Counted from the stretch's first letter, positions 15,691-25,365 are shown. The stretch: 38,775 bases of DNA from Candidatus Sulfobium sp. (GCA_037380845.1 JARRRI010000018.1:4034-42808), one strand, 5' to 3'. Numbers and translations: made by a program. Notes: generated by a model from the sequence alone, not told the origin.

Positions 15691-18366
15691 TCACTCCTTG
15701 CGCCTCCGGGCCCAGGCCCCGCCGGCCAGGAGGGCCGCGACCACAAATAATCCAAGGACAATGAAGAAGAAGGTCTGGGGCTCCAGTCCGGGCTGAACGA
15801 TCTTTCCGCGGTCTACCCCGTTCAACTGGAGAATGTACGCCTCCAGGTTTGCTATCTCCTGCTGGGTGAGCGAACGGCTGTCGCCCCAGGCCGGCATATG
15901 CAGGGCGGGATGCGGCCCTTCCGGTGTCGACCCGTGCTGGATGATCTTGTCGATATGTTCAACAAATACCTTGGGGTCGGGACTGTAGAGTTCCCTGTCG
16001 ATGGGGTTGAGCGGCGGAACCTTGCCGTCCTTCGATCCCGGATTCGGAACATTGTCCTTTCCGTCCGGCCCGTGGCAGGAAACACACTCCTCCTTGTAAA
16101 GGGAAGCGCCGTTTTCGGCACTGCCTATGATGAAAGCGGACTTGCCCACCTGCTCCTTCAAGGCTTTTTGCTCAGGCGGCGGCCCCGAAGGACCTCCCGC
16201 CGATGAAGGAGGCTGCTCCCCGGCTTTGGGCGGTTGAGCAGATTTCTCGGGTTTCTCGGTTTCGGCCTGTTTGGCAGGCGCTTGCTGTTTCTTCCGGGCC
16301 TGCGGGCTTCCTGCCGGCGAAGGAGCGGCGGATCCCGAAGGAGACTGGCCGGACAGGCTCTTGAGGTAAGAGGCGAGAGAGTTCACGTCTTCCTTGCTCA
16401 ACCCTGAAAAAGAAGGCATTATCGAGTTCGGGAAATGGGATTTCGGGTTCCTTATCTGGTCTTCTATCCACTTCCTGTTCCTGTCCTTCAGGGTGTCGCC
16501 GGAAAGTTCCGGGTCGACTGTCCCTCCCTTGCCGTTTATTTTGTGACAGCCGCTGCATCCCTGCGACTGAAAGAGCTCCTTCCCCTTTTTTATATGCGAT
16601 GCGTCCTGGTCCGACCCGGCCGGGTCCTTCGAATCCTGCTCCGATGACGCGGCGGCCGCCGGGTCAGGCGACGACCGTCCGACCATGCTCATCAGGTAGG
16701 AGACCAGGTCGTCGATGTCTTCCTTGCTCATCCCTGAGAAGGAGGGCATCACGGAATTGGGAAAGTGTGACTTCGGGTTTCTTATCTGGTCTTCTATCCA
16801 CTGCCTGCTCTTGCCCTTGAGCGTGCCGCCGGAAAGCTCGGGTCCGACCGACCCTCCCTTCCCGAATACCTTGTGGCAGCCCGTGCATCCCTTTGACTGG
16901 AAGATCTGCTCACCCTTCTTTATCCCCGGTGACTTCCGGCCTGCTTCAGAGGGTGCAGGCGACGCCTCGGGTGCGGGCGCCTCACCCTCTGCAATACTCA
17001 TCAGATAGGAGACCAGGTCATGGAGGTCCTTCTTGCCCATGGAGGTAAATTCGGTCATCCCGGTGTTGGGACCCATGCTCGGGAAGTGAGAACTGGAACT
17101 GGTAATCTGGTCCATGAGCCACTTTCGGCTCTTGCCCTTGAGGGCCTCCGCGGTGAGTTCCGGGCCCACCGAGCCGCCCTTGCCGTGGACCTTGTGGCAC
17201 CCCCGGCACCCGCTCTTCTGAAAGACCTTCTCGCCTCTCTTCGCCTCCGGAGACATCCTGGGAGCAGCCTTTTTCTCTTCCGTCTTTTTCGCTTCCTTCT
17301 TCTTTCCAGTTGCCGGCTGTGCAAGCCCGGGGCTGAGATAACCTATTATGGAAAGCGTTACTATAAGGCCCGCGTAAAGGACGAGGCAGGCCATGGCAAA
17401 AGGACGGTGAAAAGGGTTCCTCTTCGGATTTCTGTCTATGAGAGGAACGATTATCAGAAGCAGGACGAATACCGCCGGAACACCCGCTGCACCGACCGGC
17501 TCAAGGGGGCCCTTGAAATATTTGAGAGCCTGGTAGATGAAGAGAAAGTTCCATTCCGGCTTGGGTACATATGTCGTGTTTATTGTATCGGCCATGCCGG
17601 CATAAGGCACGGGGAAGTAGACTGAAAGGGCGATCAGCGCCAGAAGGACGACAGTGGCCACCGTAAGGTCCTTGAACGCCTGGTCTGGCCAGAATGGACC
17701 GGTCTTTTTCTGTTTTTCCCTGTCCCACGGACCGGCGACCCCGGAGGTCCTGAAGGAAGCGATATGCATGCCTATCAGGAGCGCCAGGATAGGGACGAAT
17801 ACGCCGACGTGGAAGGCGAAGAAACGTGAGAGGGTAAGCTGGGTCATCGTCTGACCGCCCCGCATGATTATCTCCAGCAGGTTCCCTATAATCGGCACCT
17901 CACCCGCGATGCTGGTGCCCACCTCCCCGGCATAATATCCCTTCTGGTCCCAGATGAGGGGGGCGCCGGTGAAGCTCAGAGCCATCGTTGTCAGAAGCAG
18001 GGCGATCCCGATGAACCAGGTAAGCGGCGTTTTCTTGTACGCGCCCCAAGTGTAGACCCGTACCATGTGCAGGGCGACAAGGAAGACCATCGCGCTTGCA
18101 CCCCAGTAATGCATGTTGTGGACGAGCCAACCGAAGGGTACCTGCGTCCGGAGATAACTGACGCTGTTATACGCATGGTCCGTGGTGGGTACGTAATAGA
18201 AGAGCTGCAGGATGCCGGAAGCCACCTGAAGTGCGAATATCATCAGGATGGAGCTGCCGATCGTATAGGCGAAGCTCGACCCTCCCGGGATGTCCTCCTT
18301 CAGCAGGAGGTCCCTGAGCTGATAGAAGGGCCATCTGTCGGTAAACCATTTCACCAGCCGGTTCAT
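15691..18366 (-). CDS. Cytochrome b (b6-like) + subunit IV + four class I cytochrome c domains fusion
   Basis: Heme b His pairs spaced 13 and 14 residues, WDQ, PFWP, PEWN Qo motif, then CRGCH, CTGCH, CSGCH, CVSCH and a C-terminal TM helix. Confidence 0.93.
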   Translation of the reverse strand: MNRLVKWFTDRWPFYQLRDLLLKEDIPGGSSFAYTIGSSILMIFALQVASGILQLFYYVPTTDHAYNSVSYLRTQVPFGWLVHNMHYWGASAMVFLVALHMVRVYTWGAYKKTPLTWFIGIALLLTTMALSFTGAPLIWDQKGYYAGEVGTSIAGEVPIIGNLLEIIMRGGQTMTQLTLSRFFAFHVGVFVPILALLIGMHIASFRTSGVAGPWDREKQKKTGPFWPDQAFKDLTVATVVLLALIALSVYFPVPYAGMADTINTTYVPKPEWNFLFIYQALKYFKGPLEPVGAAGVPAVFVLLLIIVPLIDRNPKRNPFHRPFAMACLVLYAGLIVTLSIIGYLSPGLAQPATGKKKEAKKTEEKKAAPRMSPEAKRGEKVFQKSGCRGCHKVHGKGGSVGPELTAEALKGKSRKWLMDQITSSSSHFPSMGPNTGMTEFTSMGKKDLHDLVSYLMSIAEGEAPAPEASPAPSEAGRKSPGIKKGEQIFQSKGCTGCHKVFGKGGSVGPELSGGTLKGKSRQWIEDQIRNPKSHFPNSVMPSFSGMSKEDIDDLVSYLMSMVGRSSPDPAAAASSEQDSKDPAGSDQDASHIKKGKELFQSQGCSGCHKINGKGGTVDPELSGDTLKDRNRKWIEDQIRNPKSHFPNSIMPSFSGLSKEDVNSLASYLKSLSGQSPSGSAAPSPAGSPQARKKQQAPAKQAETEKPEKSAQPPKAGEQPPSSAGGPSGPPPEQKALKEQVGKSAFIIGSAENGASLYKEECVSCHGPDGKDNVPNPGSKDGKVPPLNPIDRELYSPDPKVFVEHIDKIIQHGSTPEGPHPALHMPAWGDSRSLTQQEIANLEAYILQLNGVDRGKIVQPGLEPQTFFFIVLGLFVVAALLAGGAWARRRKE
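16355..17245 (-). repeat. Intragenic tandem triplication of a cytochrome c domain
   Basis: CxxCH motifs at 17194-17208, 16873-16887 and 16543-16557 (321 and 330 nt apart). Copies 2 and 3 share WIEDQIRNPKSHFPNSxMPSFSG. Boundaries approximate. Confidence 0.85.
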
Positions 18367-18374
18367 AGCCCTCC

Positions 18375-18905
18375 CTATACCCGGACCTTTTTGGATATAC
18401 CCACTTTAAACCGCTCCCACTCGACGTAGAGCACCCCGTTTTCGATCTTATGGGGCAGCGTGTCCAGCGGGCGGGGGGCCGGACCGCCGATGACCTTGCC
18501 GTTGATGGTAAACACACTTCCGTGGCAGGGGCATTCGAAATGATTAGTCTGCGCATCCCATTTGTAATGGCATCCCAGGTGAGGGCATATGGGGGAAAAA
18601 ACCGTGTAGTCAGACTCCGAATGCCTGATGACCCAGACCGAGCGAGTTACCTCCTGATGTAAAAACGCATCGGACGAGCGCATCTGAAAAGCCATGTCTT
18701 TCGGCTGCATGGCGGCCAGGGAGGTGACGTCGCCCACTTTGCTCCAGTGCAGTTTCTTAAGGGGTGCCTTCGTAATAATGGCCCTGATATAAGGAACCCC
18801 GAGGACCACTCCGTTCAGGAATGCGAAAACGCCGATGACGACCTTGAAGAAATTCCTTCTCGAGACGGTCTTCTCATCCTGGTCTTTGTTAGAAACCTCG
18901 TCCAT
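18375..18905 (-). CDS. Rieske iron-sulfur subunit of a Rieske/cytochrome b complex
   Basis: Tat motif SRRNFFK, TM helix, CPHLGC and CPCHGS boxes, GPAPRPL. Confidence 0.95.
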   Translation of the reverse strand: MDEVSNKDQDEKTVSRRNFFKVVIGVFAFLNGVVLGVPYIRAIITKAPLKKLHWSKVGDVTSLAAMQPKDMAFQMRSSDAFLHQEVTRSVWVIRHSESDYTVFSPICPHLGCHYKWDAQTNHFECPCHGSVFTINGKVIGGPAPRPLDTLPHKIENGVLYVEWERFKVGISKKVRV

Positions 18906-18994
18906 AAGACCTCCCTGATATTCGTTGCCGGGCTAGAAGACAAGAAATCACAGCGCAGGGCCGTGAACCGAAAAGACGAAAGTCTTTATTTACC

Positions 18995-19022
18995 AGCTTA
19001 GCATACAATTCCCGGGAGTCAA
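18995..19022 (-). promoter_or_regulatory. Promoter of the Rieske/cytochrome b operon
   Basis: Minus strand TTGACT, 16 nt, TAAGCT with TG extension. Confidence 0.45.
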
Positions 19023-19046
19023 GAGAGAAAAATCTTCCCTCGCGCT

Positions 19047-20849
19047 TCACCCGGCCGTCAGGGCGACCGCCGCCGTAATGAGCGAGAGGTGAGTAAGCCC
19101 CTGGGGGAAATTGCCCAGCATCCGGCCGGTTGCCGTATCGTATTCCTCTGAAAAGAGACCGAGGTCGTTCCCCGTACCGACCACCCTGTTGAACACAGCC
19201 TCCGCTTCCGGCCTCCTCCCCTGGCGGGCCAGACACTCGGCAAGCCAGAACGAACAGGCAAGGAAAACCCCCTCTCTGCCTTCAAGGCCGTCGTCATCGG
19301 CTGCATAGCGGCGCAGCAGTCCGTCTTCGTAAATGTCTTCCATGACAGCATCGACGGTCCGTACCATGCGTTCGTCCCTGTAATCCACAAACCCGCTGAG
19401 CGGCAGAAGGAGAAGGGCGGAATCCATGCGGGGCAGTTCGAAGGCCTGGATAAAAATGCCCCTTTTCCTGTCATATCCTTTTTCTTCTATTGCGGAACGT
19501 ATCTCGTCGCACGCCTTGCGCCAGTCATTCAGCGGCGCCTGCCGGCCTAGCTTCCCGGCCATTTTGACACCCCTGTTGATGGCGGACCAGCACATCGCCT
19601 TGGAATGGACAAAATGACGCGGCCTGCCTCTCATCTCCCAAATTCCCCGGTCGGGATTGTGCCACAGCCTGGCGGCCGAGTTGACCAGTTCGACCAGAAA
19701 TTCCCAGTAATCATCGTCCGGGGACTGCCCCATTGTATGCCACCTCCAGGCGAGGTCCATGAGTTCTCCGTAAACGTCGAGCTGCATCTGCCCTTCAGCC
19801 GCATTTCCTATGCGCACCGGCTTTGAGCCCCTGTACCCGTCCAGCTCCGGAATGTCCAGCTCGGTAAGACGGCGTTCTCCGCCCACGCCGAAGAGGATCT
19901 GGAGTTCCTCCGCGCTTCCCGCCGCACTGCGCTCGACGAACCGGCGGAACCCGTCGGCCTCCTTGTGATAGCCCAGCTCCCAGAGGGAGCGGAGAGTGAA
20001 AGCCGAGTCCCGTATCCAGGTGAACCGGTAGTCCCAGTTCCGTGAGCCGCCGAATGCCTCGGGCAGAGAGGTGGTGGGTGCCGCGGCGATAGCGCCGGTG
20101 GGTGCGTTCGAAAGTCCCTTCAGGACTACGGCCGACCTCCTCACCATCTGTTCGTAAGGGCCGTCGATCCTGCCCTCTGAAGACCATGCCCGCCACCAGT
20201 CAACCGTCTCGTCGAGCCGGCGGTCAAGCTCCGAAATTCCGGGGACACTGATCAGTCCTTCATCGAGATGTTCGGGCTTGCGGTACAGGATCGAGATACG
20301 CCTCCTCTCCCCTTTTGAGACCATGCAGGAGCCGGCTATGTCATGACGGTGTTTAAGCGCCATCGGGAAGTCGCCAGAGATCAGAAGACCGTCGCTTCCG
20401 CCGATGGCGATGAAGTGGTTGTCGCCCCTTTTCCGTATCCACGGCTTCACGGCGCCGTAGTCGAGCCGCGGGGAGACGGTAAGGTCGACTTTCACACTTC
20501 CCCGCAGGCCCTCCACGATCCGCAGGATCTGCCGGTGAGGGTTATGTTGTCCGCCCCTTCGCATCGGGAAACAGTCGAAAACTCTTACCTCGCCGTCAGA
20601 CGTCCTGAAGGTGGTTTCAAGAATGAGCGTGTTCTCGATATATTTTCGGGATGTCTCAAAGCCCGCTGCCGGAACGATCTGGCAATAGCCGCCCTTCTCC
20701 CAGTCCAGGATGCGGCCGAAACAGCTCTTGGAGTCAACCCGCGGCATGCAGCACCAGTCGATGGATCCCGTTTTCGACACCAGCGCAGAAGAGTGGCAGT
20801 CTGCTATGAAGCCGTAGTCTTCTATAGGGGGATAAACGTCACTGTCCAT
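19047..20849 (-). CDS. Glycoside hydrolase family 15 (trehalase/glucoamylase-like)
   Basis: GSIDWCC, AAPTTSLPE, RNWDYRFTWIRD, GIWE, FSEEYD, GNFPQ motifs. ATG 20849 chosen as start. Confidence 0.93.
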   Translation of the reverse strand: MDSDVYPPIEDYGFIADCHSSALVSKTGSIDWCCMPRVDSKSCFGRILDWEKGGYCQIVPAAGFETSRKYIENTLILETTFRTSDGEVRVFDCFPMRRGGQHNPHRQILRIVEGLRGSVKVDLTVSPRLDYGAVKPWIRKRGDNHFIAIGGSDGLLISGDFPMALKHRHDIAGSCMVSKGERRRISILYRKPEHLDEGLISVPGISELDRRLDETVDWWRAWSSEGRIDGPYEQMVRRSAVVLKGLSNAPTGAIAAAPTTSLPEAFGGSRNWDYRFTWIRDSAFTLRSLWELGYHKEADGFRRFVERSAAGSAEELQILFGVGGERRLTELDIPELDGYRGSKPVRIGNAAEGQMQLDVYGELMDLAWRWHTMGQSPDDDYWEFLVELVNSAARLWHNPDRGIWEMRGRPRHFVHSKAMCWSAINRGVKMAGKLGRQAPLNDWRKACDEIRSAIEEKGYDRKRGIFIQAFELPRMDSALLLLPLSGFVDYRDERMVRTVDAVMEDIYEDGLLRRYAADDDGLEGREGVFLACSFWLAECLARQGRRPEAEAVFNRVVGTGNDLGLFSEEYDTATGRMLGNFPQGLTHLSLITAAVALTAG

Positions 20850-21006
20850 TGCCCTTTTCTCCTCAATCTTAAGGTTAGTATCACCTCGGCGTGTTGTCAA
20901 CCTTGACTGGGCCGGCACGGCCGGGGAGGGGCAGGGAACAAGGTTGATATCCCGCGTGCTGTGTTAATATAGAGAGGGTTCGGTTTGCTCCCTGTGAGGA
21001 GATAGA

Positions 21007-21750
21007 ATGAGCAAGAAAATTCTGCTGGTCGATGACAGTCACACCTTCCTTATGTATGTTGGGCTTCTGCTGAAGAGGCTGGGCTTTACCGTTATCCCCG
21101 CCGAAGACGGGGTGGAGCTGCTGGCGCTCCTGAAACTGAGAAACCCGGACCTCGTAATGGTAGACGTCGAGATGCCGCTGATGGACGGCCTCAAGGCGCT
21201 CAAGTATATAAAAGAGGACAAAGAGACTTCGCACATACCGGTCGTCATAGTTACCGCGGATTCGAACAGCGCGACCATTGAAAAATGCAGGAGTCTGGGA
21301 TGTTCCGGCTATCTTCAGAAACCAATAAAAATCGACAGATTGCATGAAACACTCCAGCAGTGTTTCTTTTCTCATAAGGGGGCGTACAGGAAATACCTGA
21401 GGGTCTCCTATCGCGAAATGGTGACAGTCACCGCAGGAGGGCGGCAGCGTGAGTTCCTCGCGGAAACGCTCTCTGAAGGCGGCATATACATAAGGGACGA
21501 AAACCCGCCGAAGGTGGACGAAACGGTTGAGGTGTCACTGCCGCTGGCCGGCGATGGCCCGGTCAGCGTGAAGGGCACGGTGATCTACAGGAAGGAAAAG
21601 TACGGAGATTTTTCGAGCACCCCGCCGGGCATGGCCGTCGCCTTCATCGATGTCGGAAAGGACGTGGCCGCGCGGCTGAAGGGACGCGTAGAGAGCCTGC
21701 TGGCGGGAGATCTGCTGGCAGAACAGAGGGAAACGGTCATCAAACGCTAG
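21007..21750 (+). CDS. Response regulator receiver + PilZ domain protein
   Basis: LLVDD, MVDVEMP (phospho-Asp), T and KP of the REC domain; RKYLR and TLSEGG of PilZ. Confidence 0.9.
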   Translation: MSKKILLVDDSHTFLMYVGLLLKRLGFTVIPAEDGVELLALLKLRNPDLVMVDVEMPLMDGLKALKYIKEDKETSHIPVVIVTADSNSATIEKCRSLGCSGYLQKPIKIDRLHETLQQCFFSHKGAYRKYLRVSYREMVTVTAGGRQREFLAETLSEGGIYIRDENPPKVDETVEVSLPLAGDGPVSVKGTVIYRKEKYGDFSSTPPGMAVAFIDVGKDVAARLKGRVESLLAGDLLAEQRETVIKR

Positions 21751-21998
21751 GATGCCGCATCCGAATCTCTTTTAAAGAAGTTCTCAAAAAATGATCCTTC
21801 CCCGGCTGAAGACCCGCCAAAATTGCGGAGCCCGGCTCCGACAACAGGTTTGTCGTCATGACAGCCGGAAAAGACCCGACCAATCGTTTTTTGGTTTTAT
21901 GGTTCTGCAGGGTATAATGAAAGACGGGGACCGGCGCGGACATTTGCTGAAGGTTTCAGGGCCGGAACTACCTGGAGAGATATGAAGGGCGGTCTGCG

Positions 21999-22775
21999 AT
22001 GAGAGGGTCGTTTCCCGGGAAAAAGTATTTTTACGTATTCTTTGCCGTTGTCATTCTGCCGGTTGCGGTATTCGCGGCGGTCATATACTGCAGGGGAGAG
22101 GCATCGGGAGCGGAAAGCAGCGCATTTGCAGAGTATCTCAAAGTATCCCGCGATCCCCTGGCCGGACCGTTCACGGTCGAAGAGGGACTTTCCCCGGGGA
22201 AATTACTGGTCGCCTCCAGGAGCATCGGGGACCCCAGATTTCGGGAGACCGTCATCCTTCTGGTCAGGTATGATTCCAACGGCGCAATGGGGCTGATCCT
22301 GAATCTGCCGACCGGCATAACCCTGTCTTCAGCCCTTCCGAAAATCAGTGAACTGCGTAAAAGCAACGACAAGGTGTTCATCGGCGGGCCTGTCGGAAGC
22401 GATCAGCTGTTCCTGCTCATCCGGACGGACAAGGCCCCTGAAGGGTCTTTTCGCGTTTTCAAAAAAACATATTTAAGCACCAGCGTAAAGACGCTCAAGC
22501 GTATGGCCGTCGCCCGGAAGAAAGGGGAGAGGTTCCGGGCTTTCGCCGGGTATGCGGGATGGAGCCGGGGACAGCTGCAACGTGAGGTGGCGGCCGGAAG
22601 CTGGCACGTGATGGAGGCCGGGGAAAAACTCATTTTCGATAAAGAACCTTCGGCCCTCTGGCAGGAGCTGATCAGCCGCCGTTCGGGGATCATGGTAAGG
22701 TTCCTGCCTGGTGAAGACACTGTCGTTCCCGGTTTCCGGAGCGACCGGAACCATTCTTCCCTTAATCCAGGTTAA
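21999..22775 (+). CDS. YqgE/AlgH (DUF179) family protein with N-terminal hydrophobic extension
   Basis: GKLLVA, DPRFRETVILL, GAMGLILN, FIGGPV, GYAGWSRGQL motifs. Confidence 0.9.
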   Translation: MRGSFPGKKYFYVFFAVVILPVAVFAAVIYCRGEASGAESSAFAEYLKVSRDPLAGPFTVEEGLSPGKLLVASRSIGDPRFRETVILLVRYDSNGAMGLILNLPTGITLSSALPKISELRKSNDKVFIGGPVGSDQLFLLIRTDKAPEGSFRVFKKTYLSTSVKTLKRMAVARKKGERFRAFAGYAGWSRGQLQREVAAGSWHVMEAGEKLIFDKEPSALWQELISRRSGIMVRFLPGEDTVVPGFRSDRNHSSLNPG

Positions 22776-22902
22776 AAATCATTGACGCCGCATTTCCGGC
22801 ATCCCGGTAATGGCCTGCCCGGTGTTCCTGAAAACGTGAAGCATCCCGGAATTAAGCCGGCACCGCCGGGTCCTGGGTAAATGGGTCAGGTTGAAAATGA
22901 TT

Positions 22903-22930
22903 GTCATACCGCGGTCCGATCGGGGAATCC
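22903..22930 (+). repeat. REP-like palindromic element, copy 2 (degenerate)
   Basis: GTCATACCGCGGTCCGATCGGGGAATCC resembles 6060-6090. Confidence 0.45.
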
Positions 22931-23153
22931 GCTATTGAAAATTATCACATACCGGCCCACCGCCTGTCTTGTGTCCGGTTGAGTTAATCGGTGCGGGAGA
23001 GTTAAAATAAGGGGGCGAGGGTCGCAGTAAGGCAATCGGGGAGACATCATCCCCGCCATCGGGCTCCTTTTAAGGAAGGCGCCCCGAAATCAGTCTATCC
23101 AGGAGGTGGCAAATGCTCGAAGGCAAATCCTGCATTTCAGGGGACGTCACTTA

Positions 23154-23675
23154 GTGGTATCGAGGAGGACCTTTATAAAAACCCTCGTAAGTGCCGCAGT
23201 ATTCTACCCCGTGAGCAGGGCCTTTGCGATGCGGAGGCCCGACAGGTCGCTCAATATGTATAATATACATACCGGCGAGAGCCTCGACATCACTTACACC
23301 GTTGACGGCAGGTACGACGTCGACGCGCTGGATAAAATCAACTATCTTCTGAGATGCCATTACACGGACAAGGTAAAGACCATCGACCCGGGGGTCCTTG
23401 ACCTGCTTTGCGAAATAAAGGACAGGATCGGAGCTGGCGAGCAGATAAGGATTATCTCCGGATACCGCTCACCGGTGTATAACGAATACTTGCGCAGTAT
23501 CGGCAGGCATGTGGCAAAACACAGTTATCACATGCGTGGACAGGCCATTGATTTTACGTTTCCGGGCTTCAGGAACAGCAACCTCTCCCGGGTTGCAAAG
23601 TCTTTCCACGTCGGGGGGGTGGGTACATATAATGAATTCGTTCACATTGATACCGGACCCGTCAGGTACTGGTAG
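23154..23675 (+). CDS. YcbK/DUF882 (peptidase M15, MepK-like) Tat-exported protein
   Basis: SRRTFIK Tat motif, NIHTGE, ISGYRS, SYHMRGQAID, FVHIDTG. GTG 23154 preferred over 23106. Confidence 0.9.
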   Translation: MVSRRTFIKTLVSAAVFYPVSRAFAMRRPDRSLNMYNIHTGESLDITYTVDGRYDVDALDKINYLLRCHYTDKVKTIDPGVLDLLCEIKDRIGAGEQIRIISGYRSPVYNEYLRSIGRHVAKHSYHMRGQAIDFTFPGFRNSNLSRVAKSFHVGGVGTYNEFVHIDTGPVRYW

Positions 23676-23738
23676 GTCTGACATTATTCAGGCCGGCCTT
23701 CCGGTTTGAAGTTTAATGCATTTCCAAGGAGATTTATC

Positions 23739-24389
23739 ATGGGCAAAGAAGAAGGCATGAAGACGGAACTCCTGCAGGCCATAATCGAATATGTGAGAAA
23801 CAACCATAAAGAGGACATCGACAAGGCCTACGATTATTTCTGGGACGAAGAAGACCCGGCCGATCTCTTCAAGGGGACCGCTCTGGAGCTCGGATTCATC
23901 AATTTTGAAGACTGGCTTCTGTTCGATTACAAGGTGGGCGGTAAACAGACTTTCATCGATATCTATCTCGGGAAAAACGAGGGACTGAAGGAAGAAGAGG
24001 CCGCGATCCTCAATAGAATGAGGGATTCGGTACTGAGCATGTATGAAGTTGTTTCCGTTTCAAAGGACAAGAGGGTCGTGCTTAAAGACCTTCTTCTGGG
24101 CGACGAGTACAGTGTGAGAGACAAGGCCCTGACGAGGGGGCTTAACAAGGGTGACGTCTTCGCAACGAGGCTCCTGAACCTGGACGGCAAACACGTCATG
24201 AGCGTCTGCGTATACCCCTTTACCGCGGGCCAGAAAAAGGATGTCCTGACCACCGTGGACAAGCAGTTTGCCCGCTACAGGAAGACGGTCAGGCAGGACG
24301 GCGAAATGAGGGATTACCTGAAAGATTATGGGGACATCTTTAATCTCACCTGGATGCACCACTGTCTCAACCCGGCCGGGAAGTCATGA
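23739..24389 (+). CDS. Hypothetical protein
   Basis: Long ORF with genome-like codon usage; RBS AAGGAG before ATG 23739. Confidence 0.8.
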   Translation: MGKEEGMKTELLQAIIEYVRNNHKEDIDKAYDYFWDEEDPADLFKGTALELGFINFEDWLLFDYKVGGKQTFIDIYLGKNEGLKEEEAAILNRMRDSVLSMYEVVSVSKDKRVVLKDLLLGDEYSVRDKALTRGLNKGDVFATRLLNLDGKHVMSVCVYPFTAGQKKDVLTTVDKQFARYRKTVRQDGEMRDYLKDYGDIFNLTWMHHCLNPAGKS

Positions 24390-24426
24390 GGACCTGATTC
24401 CCCGGACCGTCCACGCATGACCTCCC

Positions 24427-25308
24427 ATGGGAAGAGATTATTCTTCATTTCCGCCTATAGGAATATCGGCCTATTCCGACTTTTATGATGTGCCGGAAAG
24501 AAGGGTCTGGGGCGATTACTGGTTAAAGGAAAACCTGATACGGGAATTCACAAAGGCGGGCTACCCCGTCGATAATGCCTCTCCGAAGGTTCTTCTGCAC
24601 CTTTTCGGAGAGCCCCTGGAAAGCATTCCTTCCCATACCCATAACATTCTCTGGGTCCACAGTCATCCTGACTGGATCAGCCCTGAAATCCTGGGGAAAT
24701 ACGACAAGGTCTACTGCATCTCGAAGCTCTTCACCGAAAAGATCCGGCGGTCGGGGTTTGAAGCGGAATGGCTCATGATACCGACAGGCATGACGCCTGA
24801 GGAAGCGGAAATAAGGTACGATATAGTCTTCGTCGGCAACACAAAAAAGGGGAAGGCAAGAAGGATAGTCAGCGATATGGGTAGACCGCCCTTCCGTGTA
24901 AAAATATGGGGATGGGGATGGAAGGGGCTGATTCCCGATGAATGGTACGGAGGGGTTTACTACGAACACGGCATGCTCGGGAAGCTTTATTCTTCTGCCA
25001 GAATTGTTCTGAACGACCACCACGAGGATATGAGGAGGGAGGGTTTTATCAATCCCCGGATCCTTGATGTGCTTGCCAGCGGGGGGTTTGTCATATCCGA
25101 CCGGGTAGAGGGCATGGAAGGCATCTTCGCGGGTTCGGTGCCTTCGTACGAAAGCGGAGAAGAGTTGCGCCGGCTGATTGATTTCTATATGACGGAGGAA
25201 GGCGGGAGGGAGGCGCTGAGCCGGAAGGGCCGGGAAATAGCCGCGCGGTACACTTGCCGGCGGGCCTGCGCCGGGATCATAGGACATATAGCCGCGTCTC
25301 TGGCATGA
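24427..25308 (+). CDS. Glycosyltransferase (GT-B, CgeB-like)
   Basis: YDIVFVGN, KIWGWGW, LYSSARIVLNDH, NPRILDVLASGGFVISD. Confidence 0.85.
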   Translation: MGRDYSSFPPIGISAYSDFYDVPERRVWGDYWLKENLIREFTKAGYPVDNASPKVLLHLFGEPLESIPSHTHNILWVHSHPDWISPEILGKYDKVYCISKLFTEKIRRSGFEAEWLMIPTGMTPEEAEIRYDIVFVGNTKKGKARRIVSDMGRPPFRVKIWGWGWKGLIPDEWYGGVYYEHGMLGKLYSSARIVLNDHHEDMRREGFINPRILDVLASGGFVISDRVEGMEGIFAGSVPSYESGEELRRLIDFYMTEEGGREALSRKGREIAARYTCRRACAGIIGHIAASLA

Positions 25309-25365
25309 CCCCGGTCTCCTCTTTGTCCGCTAGTGGGGAAATGCCTTTTTTGCTAAAGTATTACC

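Noticed and set aside
23121..23150. GGCAAATCCTG...CAGGGGACG resembling GEMM P2
   Set aside because: No GNRA loop, no CAAAG/GAAAG junction and no P3.
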